From the IMG/VR virus record IMGVR_UViG_3300047388_000292, positions 34,428 through 98,427 of that record: 64,000 nt of DNA; one strand, written 5' to 3'. Each line of letters starts with the position of its first letter. Positions within the stretch are counted from its first letter, which is position 1. This document shows positions 50,849-61,330 of this stretch, one piece after another. The DNA is from a virus. Under the pieces are notes generated by a model, which worked only from the letters and a program-made list of their open reading frames with translations, was not told the DNA's origin and made no database searches. A program made the position numbers and the translations under genes.

Positions 50849-51926
50849 CAGCCATCTCCTCCTGTCGTCTACTTAGATCCTCGGCACCCCACCGGAACAG
50901 CACCGAAGAGCGCTTCTGTTCAAGATCGTAGTCCGGCCGAATCCCTCTTGCGAATCCTATCAGGTTGGAGTCCGAAAGTCTCATGGTCTTGTTCTGATAG
51001 TCCGTCTTACAAAATGCTCCCTTGAAATCACAGTTAGCACAGGCAGGAGCGGTCCACTTCTTAGCTCGGCCCTCGTACGGATGAGCAGGAATTTCCCCTC
51101 GAAGGAAGTAATCCCTCCACTCCGCGAGCCTCACGCGTCCTACAGCGAGGAACTCAGGGTCGTAGAACACCCGAAACGACGCGGTGGTCAGAGGATCCTC
51201 GCGTGAGCTGTAGATCAGCGTCCCATCATCTGGTGGCATCAGCGGGATCGACTCGAAAGCACAGCGCTGACCGTGGATCGGACAGATGTAGTCGTCTCGC
51301 GACGAGATGATTGCTCCAGACTCGTTGCAGATATGAACGGTCGGCGTGTAAGGCATCTCGTGCGCGAGACCGATATATGTTTTGAGCTGCCTCACATACT
51401 TCGGATGCTGTAGCGGGAACGTCGGCTTCTCCGCACGCATCGCGAGCACTTTCTCATGACTCGTAGTCTTTATCTCGACCAAGTGAGGCTTCATCCATCC
51501 ACGCGGTAGAACGATCGCATCGCAAGATCCTGTGAGCCAATGCTCCTCATCCTCGAACCCGGTCTGGAAGTCATCCTCAGCAGTCACATCAGCGGAAAGA
51601 AGCACCCCGTAATTCCGCAGCCGTCTAATCCAGTTGTGCTCCAATGCATTGCCAATATCAAACCACGCCTGCAGAAACGGTTTCCTCGGCGCCGGCGCTG
51701 GAGGATCAAGCAATCCATAGACCAACTTTCGCCCACAGGCATCAGGATCATCACCAGGGAAAGAACTCGCGTGGAACGAAGAAAACCAAGGTTGACCATG
51801 AGGAGAACGATCTTCACTGCGCCACTCTTGTTCAAGTTCCTGCTCGTACGCAGCCATGATCAACGGAGAAACAACTGGGGCATGCTCCTCAACCATTGCC
51901 CACAATTGAGTGCGCGAAAGTCCCAT
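50832..51926 (-). CDS. Cas4/AddB-like PD-(D/E)XK exonuclease with Fe-S cysteines
   Basis: C.RK, G..D, EIKT, QL..Y and C..C......C motifs. Confidence 0.75.
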   Translation of the reverse strand: MGLSRTQLWAMVEEHAPVVSPLIMAAYEQELEQEWRSEDRSPHGQPWFSSFHASSFPGDDPDACGRKLVYGLLDPPAPAPRKPFLQAWFDIGNALEHNWIRRLRNYGVLLSADVTAEDDFQTGFEDEEHWLTGSCDAIVLPRGWMKPHLVEIKTTSHEKVLAMRAEKPTFPLQHPKYVRQLKTYIGLAHEMPYTPTVHICNESGAIISSRDDYICPIHGQRCAFESIPLMPPDDGTLIYSSREDPLTTASFRVFYDPEFLAVGRVRLAEWRDYFLRGEIPAHPYEGRAKKWTAPACANCDFKGAFCKTDYQNKTMRLSDSNLIGFARGIRPDYDLEQKRSSVLFRWGAEDLSRRQEEMAGVSND

Positions 51927-52408
51927 TATGCCCCCGCCAACATCGCTCGCTTGATTCTGCAAATCGTCGCCTGCCCCACTCCATATTCTTTAGCGATTTC
52001 CCGCTGGGTACGAAGATCCTTAGATATCGCCTCTACCTGTTGTACATTCAACTTCGACCTTCCATCAAATATCGCATGACATCGGTCACATAGCTCAAAC
52101 CAATCCGCAAAGTTCAACGTATACCTATGACCAATACACGCATACTCGGTTTTAGCATCCACGCGACCGCAATATTCACATCGACCGCTGTATGGATATA
52201 TTTCCCGCATCAATTGATGAATACGAAAATACGGGCTCGCAAAATGTCCGCCCCCTAACTCAACAACATGGCTAAACCAAGATCTCTCACGATTATATTT
52301 GGAGAAAGATGGGTCTCCATATCTGAGCCACCGCTTGTAATGCTTGGCGCATAACCCACGCGCCCTGACTACTCGGTTACAGTCAAGAACTGAACAGATC
52401 TCGATCAT
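51926..52408 (-). CDS. HNH-like homing endonuclease
   Basis: N-terminal C....C....ARGLC..HY finger, CEYC...LC..CH, and a C-terminal HTH. Confidence 0.7.
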   Translation of the reverse strand: MIEICSVLDCNRVVRARGLCAKHYKRWLRYGDPSFSKYNRERSWFSHVVELGGGHFASPYFRIHQLMREIYPYSGRCEYCGRVDAKTEYACIGHRYTLNFADWFELCDRCHAIFDGRSKLNVQQVEAISKDLRTQREIAKEYGVGQATICRIKRAMLAGA

Positions 52409-53541
52409 CCCCCCGACATCATTGCCCTACGAATTCTTTGCTGGAGCATCGGATCGCCTGAGATGAGATAGCAAAGAGCGTCCATCCCGTGCGCCGACTT
52501 CTCATATCCATCGGGCCGATAAAACGATCCACTCTGAATCACCATCGGAGAACGTCCCGACCGATGCGCTAGCTCTCCCTGCTCGTCGTAGGCGAGCGAT
52601 GCCTCAGCCAACTCCCAATCCTGATCGAAGCGCATCGTGTTCAGATCGAGCCGCATCGTGGCATCTCGGAGAGGGCGACACACTCTGCTCTTATTCACGC
52701 GTACCTTCACCTCAGTACCATCAGCCTGCTTCGTACCCCGCGGGTCATCCTTGAATGTCTCCTTGACCTTGTCGTAGACATCGAGACGCCCATTTTTGTT
52801 GTAGTAAAGATGCGCGCCCTTCTTGAGGTGAATCGAGAGGTCAGATCGAAACGCCATTCGCTTGCCAGACAAGGCATACTCAACCTTGTTCATATCCTGA
52901 GAAGCATGATCGATGATTACGATCGCGTTCTCATCCTTGTCCATGCGATGATGAATTCGATTGATCGCAAACTTCCAAGCTCGAGCGTGGAGCCCTTGCT
53001 GTGAGTAGACGTCGTACTCCGGACGCTTTGATCCCTTCGGACCAGCGATCTCGCCCATCGGTGTAGCGAACGAAGCAGAGTCAAGAACATGTAAGTGGAT
53101 AGATCCGAGGGCCAGTTCCATCGCTCCGGCTATGTCCTCGATCAGCGTGTATCCCTCAAACAGTTCCAGCTTCTCCAGGTCAATCCCGAACGTCGCCGCG
53201 TGAACAGAATCGAACTGCCCCTCGATATTCCAATACGCAGTCGTGATCCCATCCGGGAATCGCTCTGATCGATACTGCTGAGCCGCAGCGATGATGTAGT
53301 AGGTGATCATCGTCTTCCCTGTCGAAGTGTCTCCCCACAACCTCGTAATGCGACCCATAGGTATGCCAGCAATCACACGCCCCTCATCATCGTGCGTCGA
53401 AATGATCCGCATAATCTCCGGCAGAGGAAGAGGGATCCGCTCAACAGGAATCTGATCAGAAGCACGATGAAGAGACTCGTTCCCGTAACGCTGACGCAAA
53501 AGCTTTGAATCACGATCGAATAACGACACATCCACGGTCAT
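52405..53541 (-). CDS. recA: RecA/UvsX-like recombinase
   Basis: GIPMGRIT.LWGDTSTGKT, EGQFD, VLDS, NKSR motifs. Confidence 0.85.
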   Translation of the reverse strand: MTVDVSLFDRDSKLLRQRYGNESLHRASDQIPVERIPLPLPEIMRIISTHDDEGRVIAGIPMGRITRLWGDTSTGKTMITYYIIAAAQQYRSERFPDGITTAYWNIEGQFDSVHAATFGIDLEKLELFEGYTLIEDIAGAMELALGSIHLHVLDSASFATPMGEIAGPKGSKRPEYDVYSQQGLHARAWKFAINRIHHRMDKDENAIVIIDHASQDMNKVEYALSGKRMAFRSDLSIHLKKGAHLYYNKNGRLDVYDKVKETFKDDPRGTKQADGTEVKVRVNKSRVCRPLRDATMRLDLNTMRFDQDWELAEASLAYDEQGELAHRSGRSPMVIQSGSFYRPDGYEKSAHGMDALCYLISGDPMLQQRIRRAMMSGG

Positions 53542-53780
53542 GTCGCAACCTTTGTCTTCACTTTAGGTTTCGCAGGTGGATCGACCTGATACAGCATGGT
53601 CACGATCCCGCCCTGAGGAGCACTACAGACCAGAACCGGCATGTCATGACTAACGGCATACTCAAGAGCCTCTTTATAAGCGGCATCAACACCCCACACC
53701 CAGAACGATCTCGACCGTCCTTGAGTCGGGATCAACCGATGTCGAGACTCAACCTGGAATGGATCAGCAACTAATCCCAC
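53538..53780 (-). CDS. Hypothetical protein
   Basis: 80-aa ORF coupled between dnaE and recA. Confidence 0.55.
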   Translation of the reverse strand: MGLVADPFQVESRHRLIPTQGRSRSFWVWGVDAAYKEALEYAVSHDMPVLVCSAPQGGIVTMLYQVDPPAKPKVKTKVAT

Positions 53781-56700
53781 TATGCCGCTACCTTTGCCTT
53801 CTGATCCTCAATCCACTCTTGCACGCTCATCGACGCCTTGACAACGACCTTGTCCGAAGAATCTTTCGAGCCCTCGACGATGATCCCATTCCCGACTGTG
53901 AGCAACCCATTCGCCGCCGCCCACGGAGCCGGAAAGAATGTGCAGTTCCACTCATCAAGACCGAACTTCATCCGAACATGACCCATCGCCTGACCTGGAT
54001 TCCGTCCCTTCTTCGTCACAGTCGGACGCACGTCTGAGATCACACCGGCGATCACGATGCGGTCACCCGGATCCATTTCATCGAACTCATCCTGAGAGAA
54101 GACATTGCGTAGCACAAGTTCTTCATCATCTCCAAACGTTGCCCCCGGCCTGAGCGCCATCCCAAGCCTGCGCAGCTCGGTCGCCGCCTTCTGAGAGTCG
54201 GTCCAATCGGTGCGGGCCCCGAGAGAATCAAGCGCGCCAGCCTCGAGTAGCGCCTGCCTATGCCCCTTGTTCACTTTCGAATACTTGAAGCTGTGCGACA
54301 GCTCGAAGTGCTCGACCGAGTCATATGGAGCTCGTTCAACAACTTGATCAGCAGCGATCTTCCCCACCCCATCCACTCCGATCAACCCGTAGCGGATCGC
54401 GCCGGCGTCATAGTCCACCGTGAACCCGATACCACCTCGATTGATATCCGGCGCCTCGATCGAGACACCAAAGTGCCTGGACTCCCGAATCGCCCTCGGA
54501 GTCTTCTCATCCTCGAGCGTCAAAAGCACAGCGTAGAACTCGAAAGGATAGTGGACCTTCAACCAATCGTCTTGATATGCCTGCACGCTGTACCCGCTCG
54601 CATGAGGGCGATTGAATGAATACCCAGTGTAAGGAAGAATCTCCTGCCATAGCTCCTCAGCCGGATCAACACCGATATGCTCAGACGCCTTCGCAATGAA
54701 CTCTTCCTTGCGCGCGGCCAACCGAATCCTTCCCTGATCACTCTTCCCTCGGTTGAGCTTGTCAATCTCCTTACGCACATCATCAGCTTGCGCCGCCGTA
54801 TACCCAACGAGAACCTGGAAGATCTCCATAATCTGCTCCTGGAAGCAGAGACTTCCGTACGTGTCAGCAAGCACAGGCTCAAGAACTGACGGGATCTCTA
54901 CATCCTCAGCACCATTCTTGCGCTTGACGTAACGATTGTGTCCACCTGACCCCATCGGACCCGGTCGATAGATGGCATTGACCGCAGAGAGATCGACTAC
55001 ATTCATCGGCCGCGCTTGTTTCAAGTATGACGTGATCCCTGAACCCTCAAACTGCCAGATGCCGAGAGTGAATCCATGATGGAACACCTCCATCACCTCT
55101 GGCTCAACGTCGTACGGATCGAAACAGACTGGCAATGAGTCAAGGTCGATCTGTTGGCCAGTACGTTCAGCGATCAGCGTCACTATCTGATTCTGCTGAG
55201 TCATGCCGCGGATGCTGAGGAAGTCCCACTTGCAGAATCCAAAATCATCAACAATCGAAAGACGCGGAGTTTCCGACCAAGCAGTGCGTGATGTCGGATC
55301 TTCCTCACTAGCCCTGATCGTCGGCATGTAGTCATTGATTGGACCTGGAGTGATGATCACACCAGCAGCATGCTTACTGAGCCGACGATTGAATGGATCA
55401 CCGTGATTCTCCAAACGCACAGACGAACGCCATGCATCCGGATATTTGTTGGCCCACGCATCAAGACCAAAAACATAAGACCGCATCTCTTCAAGATCTT
55501 CATCGTGGATCGGATCAATGTTGTCTGTGACCACACGTGTTTCCATGTAGTCAATACCCATAATGCGCGCCACATCAAGGATCGCCGCCCGTGGAGTAAA
55601 CCTCTGCATCGCCACGATGTCCGCGACTCGATCACGTCCGTGCTTACGAGCCACATACTCTTTGATCAGATCGCGCTTGTCATCCGGAAAGTCGATGTCA
55701 ATATCCGGAAGCCCCTTACGCCCTGGATTGAGAAATCGCTCGAACTTGAGCTTGTGCCTGATTGGATTGATACCCGTAATACGGGCCGTGTAACAAACCA
55801 ACGAAGCTCCCGCTGATCCTCTAGACGACCCTACTCTGATCGGTCGCTTCGGCTGGGGATTTGGATCTTCAGGTGTTGACGGCAACGGATCAGTGGAACG
55901 AGCCCACCGTACGACATCACCAGTCAGATACAAATACTGCCAGTGGCCCTTCATATCGATGATCGAGAACTCGTAGTCAAGCTGTTGCTCGTACTGCTGA
56001 TCGCCAACAACGCCAAGCCGATCCATTCCCTCCCTACACCACTGACGCACAATACGTTCAGCGTCAGCCATCGTCGGGGCACCGCGGGGCATCTTCAGCG
56101 ATCGATCAACAAGGAATGGGATGATCGACTGAGCAATGCGCTCGTTATTCGACACAGCCTCGTGTACGACTGACTGCGGTATTCCTGGGTGATTGACCGC
56201 GAACTTCGAGAGAACCTCCTCGGTACTCATCAAATGCATCCCATCGTGCCATAGATCGTATGGCTCAAGACCCTCCGCGCGCTTGGCCTCCTGCTTCTCC
56301 TCCCAAGCCTCGACGGTCTTGTTCATGCCGATAAGAATCGCGATCTTCTGCGTATCGACCCAGCCCTCGTGAACGTAGTGTGCGTCTCCTCCGACCGAAA
56401 GCGGTATCCCCCACTTGTTAGCGCGGTAAACAATCTCCGGGTTGACAGCTCGCTGAATCTCGAAGTCGTGTGGCTGGATCTCGAAGTAGAGCCTGTCCTT
56501 GAATCGATCAACCATGCGCTGAATCCACCCGTCGATCGCAGCGTCAGTGGCTGACTGGATCAGATAGGAGAGAGGACCGAGCACGCACGCAGTGGTACAG
56601 ATCAGTCCCTCGTGGTACTGGTCAAGCAACTCATCCGTCACCGAGGGATACTGATAAAAATTCTCCGGTCGGTACGCCGCCGAGGAGATCTTCAACAGGT

Positions 56701-56993
56701 TATGCCAGCCCGTGAGATTCTGCGCGAGAAGAATCATGTGCCAACGTCGATGCTGCCACTCCTTCTCGCGAATCACCGTCGGTCTGTAGTACGCCTCAAT
56801 ACCCATGATCGGTTGAATCCCGGACTTCTCACACGCCTTCATATGCTTCAGAGCACCGTTGACGTTGCCATGATCAGTCTGCGCAAGCGCCCACATCCCG
56901 AGCTCGGCTGCACGCTCGGCGAACATGGATGCAGTCCCACACCCATCAGAGATAGCTGTCGTCAGAGTGACGATGAAGCTCTATATATTGCAC
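53780..56993 (-). CDS. dnaE: DNA polymerase III alpha subunit (apparent +1 frameshift near the 5' end)
   Basis: PHP motifs TDHG and G.EAY, RGSAG.SLV, FERFLNP.R...PDIDIDF, HAAG, YSFN..H, OB fold. The first PHP motif (HRHSDDSYL/DG) starts at GTG 56993 in another frame. Confidence 0.9.
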
Positions 56994-57000
56994 AGCCAGA

Positions 57001-57630
57001 TCACCCCCTCTCAACCAACTCCGAGAGATGCTTCCAACTACGACGTTCTACTATCGCCTGAATGGTCGTTCTCGCAACACCATACTTCTCGGCAAGAAAA
57101 GTTTGCCTTGATCCGGTTGCATACTCTTGCAGAATCTCTAGAACCTGTTCCTCATGCAAGATCGCTTGTCCGTGCTTCTCTCCGGTCGTCGGATTGTGAC
57201 GACCGCGCCGCATCTTGTCAGCCATGTTGTCAGCTTGCGTTCCTGCGTATAAATGATCTGGGCGAACGCAATTCGGAACATCACATGTATGCAAGACCTG
57301 AAGACCATCTTGAACACATCCAACCAACAGCCTGTAAGCAAATACGTGAGCGCCAATAAATTTCCCGTCAACCCAAAGCTTCCCATGCCCAAAATCATTC
57401 GCTGGAGTACCAGTCCAAAGCCAACATGTATCAGTCTTCTCGACATGCAACCAAAAACGCGTTACAGGATCTCCGTATCCAACACGATTTGAAATAAGCG
57501 GATTGCCATGCTTTGCCCATCGCTTGTAGTGCATTGAACACCACCCGCGCGCACGCACCTTACGAAAACACCCGTCTACAGAACAGGAGTCGTCGCTATG
57601 TCTGTGAAGCTCGATGTACTGCATGCCCAT
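57001..57630 (-). CDS. HNH homing endonuclease with a DnaE-derived N-terminus
   Basis: CWLWTG...AH...VLHTCD...CV.PDHL..GT..DN and HTH. Begins MQYIELHRHSDDS. Confidence 0.85.
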   Translation of the reverse strand: MGMQYIELHRHSDDSCSVDGCFRKVRARGWCSMHYKRWAKHGNPLISNRVGYGDPVTRFWLHVEKTDTCWLWTGTPANDFGHGKLWVDGKFIGAHVFAYRLLVGCVQDGLQVLHTCDVPNCVRPDHLYAGTQADNMADKMRRGRHNPTTGEKHGQAILHEEQVLEILQEYATGSRQTFLAEKYGVARTTIQAIVERRSWKHLSELVERG

Positions 57631-58159
57631 ATCGACTTGCGACCACGCCTACAGAGTCCTGGTAATGGTTGCGCTCATTCGAGTAGAGACGTTCGCATCT
57701 AGCCGAGAGCTCCTCGAAGCGCAACTGAGCAATCAACAATTCTGACCAAATCCGCATCGGCCGTGGCCAGAAGTTGACGATCTCAAGAGTCACGTTGCCA
57801 TGAAATCCGGGATCTAGATAGCCAGCACTTTCAATCTGCATACCCTGCCTTGCCCGACTCGACTTGCCAACAACAATGCCAACCAGCACGCTCGGAATGT
57901 GAACTGATTCGACTGTTGATCCAAGCACAAACTCACCGCTGGCTATCAAGAACCCGTCACTGATGTCAACTTCTTCCATCATGTCATCAGTCATTGGCTC
58001 TCGTATGTCGAGCACGCCATGATTGCGACTCGGCACAAGGATCTTCGATGACAGCCGGCAGTCATAGGAAGAAGGTTGAAGCTGCTTCTCATCATATGGA
58101 TCAATCAATTCATCGCTAAGCACGTAGCGACGAATATGATGATCAGGAAGAACGGTCAT
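57596..58159 (-). CDS. dcd: dCTP deaminase
   Basis: LQPSSYD.RL, GKSSRAR.G, AGYLDPGF.G..TLE. Confidence 0.9.
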   Translation of the reverse strand: MTVLPDHHIRRYVLSDELIDPYDEKQLQPSSYDCRLSSKILVPSRNHGVLDIREPMTDDMMEEVDISDGFLIASGEFVLGSTVESVHIPSVLVGIVVGKSSRARQGMQIESAGYLDPGFHGNVTLEIVNFWPRPMRIWSELLIAQLRFEELSARCERLYSNERNHYQDSVGVVASRYGHAVHRASQT

Positions 58160-58932
58160 ACCTTCTGGTACTCCGGAACCCACGATCCATCTACATCGAG
58201 ATTGAAATCCTGGAAAAGCAGCGGAGCCTCTTGCTGCATGATGTATCCAACCCTCTCGAAGACAAACCGAATCTCTTCCTCGGCTCCCGCTGCCGTGCGC
58301 GCAGCAATCACATGACGAAGGGTCCGAATGTTTGCCGTCCAGACCATGCCAGTGGAGAGACCAAGAGGAGCCAGCCGACGCAGCGCAGACGTAACTTCCT
58401 TCTTGACGTGGAATGGCACGCCATCATCATCCAGACCCAGCTTGTCTGCAGCCTCGATCTGGAATTCCTCCAACCTCTCCACCATACTGATGACGGATTG
58501 ACGCATCGGCTCCAACCCTGGCGGTACACGGAACCCAAGCTCAGTCAAGCGCACATACCGCAGAGACTCCTGACTGATTGCCACACCAGCACGATGACGG
58601 ACAAGCTCGTGCGTAAATACCCTCGAGACATTGTGGAAGATGAAGGTGTAATAGGCATGTTCAAGAACGCTGCCGTGACGAGACTTGAGCAAGTTATCGA
58701 AGTACTCCCGCTGGTCCGTGCGAATCTTCGTAACGTTCTTGTTGAGGCCCGGCTTCCACGAGCGATAGCAGTAACGCCCACAGAACTCAACCAACGACTC
58801 TGCATCCTTCTCATCGTGCGTACCGCTATCAAGCCAGTCCTCTCCACCGACCAACTCCAAGTACTCAATAACAGCATCCCAGATCAACGCAGGACGTGCG
58901 ATCAAATAAACCTTTGGCTCTGTCTCAATCAT
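58156..58932 (-). CDS. thyX: FAD-dependent thymidylate synthase
   Basis: H.SVLEH and RHR......SQESLRY signature. Confidence 0.95.
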   Translation of the reverse strand: MIETEPKVYLIARPALIWDAVIEYLELVGGEDWLDSGTHDEKDAESLVEFCGRYCYRSWKPGLNKNVTKIRTDQREYFDNLLKSRHGSVLEHAYYTFIFHNVSRVFTHELVRHRAGVAISQESLRYVRLTELGFRVPPGLEPMRQSVISMVERLEEFQIEAADKLGLDDDGVPFHVKKEVTSALRRLAPLGLSTGMVWTANIRTLRHVIAARTAAGAEEEIRFVFERVGYIMQQEAPLLFQDFNLDVDGSWVPEYQKV

Positions 58933-59270
58933 ACGAATGGCCGTCCAGTCGATACCGGAAGAGCTTCTTCACGCTTCTCCGTCACGAGTCCGAGCAACAG
59001 GAACCCATAAAGGATCAGATCGTGGATGCGTCCCTCGATCGGCTCTGATTGCACGTCGCCCTCGCGCACGTAGGTCATGATCGAACGCCAATGCTTGCCA
59101 GCATGCACACTCCAAATCTGTTCTGGAGTCACACCAGACTCGGCACCCTGCTCCTTGAAATTTGCAAGCGCATCATCATCGCCTGCATAGTCGTGCCCCT
59201 TCCTCGTGTTTGTCTCGAGCAAACTCTCGAACTCATTCTTCATAAGTTCCTGAAACTGATCTCTGCGCAT
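58929..59270 (-). CDS. Nucleotide-modification-associated (NMAD1/DUF1599-like, MazG-fold) protein
   Basis: KGHDYA...D.LANF...K......SE.I..RI.DLI.Y. Confidence 0.65.
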   Translation of the reverse strand: MRRDQFQELMKNEFESLLETNTRKGHDYAGDDDALANFKEQGAESGVTPEQIWSVHAGKHWRSIMTYVREGDVQSEPIEGRIHDLILYGFLLLGLVTEKREEALPVSTGRPFV

Positions 59271-59272
59271 AT

Positions 59273-60226
59273 CTACGCCACGTTCGGCGGAGGAATGGGT
59301 GGCATAGACGCATGCATGGGTTGAGCGCCTTGCTCAAACGGATTCACCCCGCCCACCTGCGGAACCGCCGGCACCAGAGTCGGAATTGACGGCGGCATCC
59401 CCGGCATCCCGCCTCTCATAAATGTCTCCTGGGGCCCGGAAGTCGCGACGTTTCCAGAGAGGATCTTCTGAATGTTCTCAAGTGGCTCTGGAGTGATGAA
59501 GGGCTCAAGGTCATACTTCGCCGCCGCCAGTGCCATGTCCGTCGCGCTCATCGGCTGCGAAACGTTGTTGACGTCGTATGGCTCGACAAAATACGCGGTG
59601 TCCTGCATTGTCGAGCCCTGCCGGCGAACAGTGAAGTCACAAGACATCAACCCACGGTATGTCGAGTCCTTAGACATCAACTCCTGGAAGACAGTATTCG
59701 AACACTTCCAGAGGAAGACCCCGTCGGCGTAGCCAGTGATGATCTTTGCCTTCGTCTGGGGATCGGTCTCCGGGAGTCCCTGCTGCGAGCGCTTGTAGAC
59801 CGGCGCGAGACTGTAGGTCAGATATGGCGACAGTTGCTGAGCCATCCTCTGCTGATTCTGAGCAAGGATCTGCTGATTGACCTGTTGGATCGGCGCACCA
59901 CCCCGCCAGATGACGTTGACGAATCCCTTCGTCGAGCGACTCCTGATCTCTTTATCTTCGTGAGAGCACATCGGACAAGGAGTCCCATCGTCCTGCTGGT
60001 CGAGACAGAGAACGTCATTCGGATACTTCGAGCTTCCGTACTGGACTCGATGGGAAGCTGCATACGCGAGCTCCTCTCCCTGCTCGAGAAAACGGACCAC
60101 GGCGATCTGTCCTGAATTCAGCGTGAAGAAATCCGCTCGTGGTCCAAATGACGAAAGCGCTTGTTCTCTACGCTGCTCCACCGCCACAGCGTGCCGAGTA
60201 AATGATGCAGTGCCCCTCGGGGACAT
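59273..60226 (-). CDS. Single-stranded DNA-binding protein (gp32-like)
   Basis: FFTL..G....VRFL, CL.....CP.C, D..V.R.G....T.Y; located in the replication operon. Confidence 0.7.
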   Translation of the reverse strand: MSPRGTASFTRHAVAVEQRREQALSSFGPRADFFTLNSGQIAVVRFLEQGEELAYAASHRVQYGSSKYPNDVLCLDQQDDGTPCPMCSHEDKEIRSRSTKGFVNVIWRGGAPIQQVNQQILAQNQQRMAQQLSPYLTYSLAPVYKRSQQGLPETDPQTKAKIITGYADGVFLWKCSNTVFQELMSKDSTYRGLMSCDFTVRRQGSTMQDTAYFVEPYDVNNVSQPMSATDMALAAAKYDLEPFITPEPLENIQKILSGNVATSGPQETFMRGGMPGMPPSIPTLVPAVPQVGGVNPFEQGAQPMHASMPPIPPPNVA

Positions 60227-60313
60227 ATATTCGTCTCCTACACTCGTTGAAGTGCCTCGCCGACCGAGGCTCCTGGTTTTTGCTGAGGTCCAGCGACCTC
60301 TTGTACTACGTTA

Positions 60314-61330
60314 TCAGATAGGTACAACAGTAATCGAGAGCGCTGGTACCACGCCCTCCACCAATTCCTCAATCTCCTCAGCACTCAACTCCGCGGCGTC
60401 TCCCTTAGCACCTACGACTACAGACACGGGCATATATGGAGAGAGCATCTCGATCGCCTTCTGACGACCTCTCACCCCAGCCGAGTCTTCATCGAAATAG
60501 ACGACAACGCTTCCGCACCGCTCAACAATCAATGCTCGTTGAGTCTCAGAGAACTCTGAGCCGGCGACTCCTACCGCAAAGATATGCGGAGTCTTCTGCG
60601 ACATCGCTACAACATTGAGTTCTCCCTCAACGATCACTACTTTCGACATCCACGGAACTCGATTCAGACCATAGACATGCTTTGACTTATGATACGGATC
60701 AAAGCCATAGCGAGGAATGTCGCTTCTCCGCGCGTCTCCCAATATCAGATAGCGCGGCTCTTTGTTCCCAAATGTTCGCGCCTTGAAACCCACAAGCGTT
60801 CCCATAACATTCCTCACTGGTATCGCAACACGCCCTGAAATGGGATCAAAACCGATCTCCCAATCGTCAAGCACCTCTCGCTCAAACCCACGTCCACGCA
60901 TATAAGAAATCGATGTTCGTCCCTCAGAGTTCATCCGCCACGATTTCATGAAGAACTCAACCCAAGACTCTGTGGGCAATACCCTCCCATCCGGCATCGT
61001 CGCCCTGATCGGCGTGAGGTTCCGCTTGACCTCCTGCTCGAGCTCACCAATCGCCTCAGTGGGACCAGATCCATATCGACGATCGATATGCCCTCGAGCC
61101 TCTGCATTCGTCATTCCGCGAAGTTGCGCGAGGAAAGAGATCGCATTCCCCGTAGCGTGACAAGTCGAACAGATAAAGAGCGTCGTCTTCAAATGCATCC
61201 GCGCCGATGGATGTCGATCATTCCCGTGAAGTGGGCAATGCATCAAGATGTTCTCGCCACTCACGCCGGCGGTCTGAACACCGAGCGCTGAAAGGAAATC
61301 TCGCACATCAACCCGCGAAAAGTCAGTCAT
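60314..61330 (-). CDS. dnaG: DNA primase (CHC2 zinc finger + TOPRIM)
   Basis: CPLH..D.HPS...C..C, VIVEGE, FDED.AG. Confidence 0.9.
   Translation of the reverse strand: MTDFSRVDVRDFLSALGVQTAGVSGENILMHCPLHGNDRHPSARMHLKTTLFICSTCHATGNAISFLAQLRGMTNAEARGHIDRRYGSGPTEAIGELEQEVKRNLTPIRATMPDGRVLPTESWVEFFMKSWRMNSEGRTSISYMRGRGFEREVLDDWEIGFDPISGRVAIPVRNVMGTLVGFKARTFGNKEPRYLILGDARRSDIPRYGFDPYHKSKHVYGLNRVPWMSKVVIVEGELNVVAMSQKTPHIFAVGVAGSEFSETQRALIVERCGSVVVYFDEDSAGVRGRQKAIEMLSPYMPVSVVVGAKGDAAELSAEEIEELVEGVVPALSITVVPI

Noticed and set aside
50832-51926. Cas4-like gene as evidence of CRISPR-Cas
   Set aside because: No repeat-spacer array or other cas genes seen. The context (recA, dnaE) fits a recombination exonuclease.
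56946-56951. RF2-type programmed frameshift as a firm call
   Set aside because: CUC-UGA does not allow good +1 re-pairing, unlike CUU-UGA, and no properly spaced internal SD is evident. Sequencing error is equally likely.
56994-57590. Group I intron in dnaE
   Set aside because: The interval is fully occupied by the HNH ORF with no room for recognisable P/Q/R/S elements, and the downstream copy has its own SD and start.
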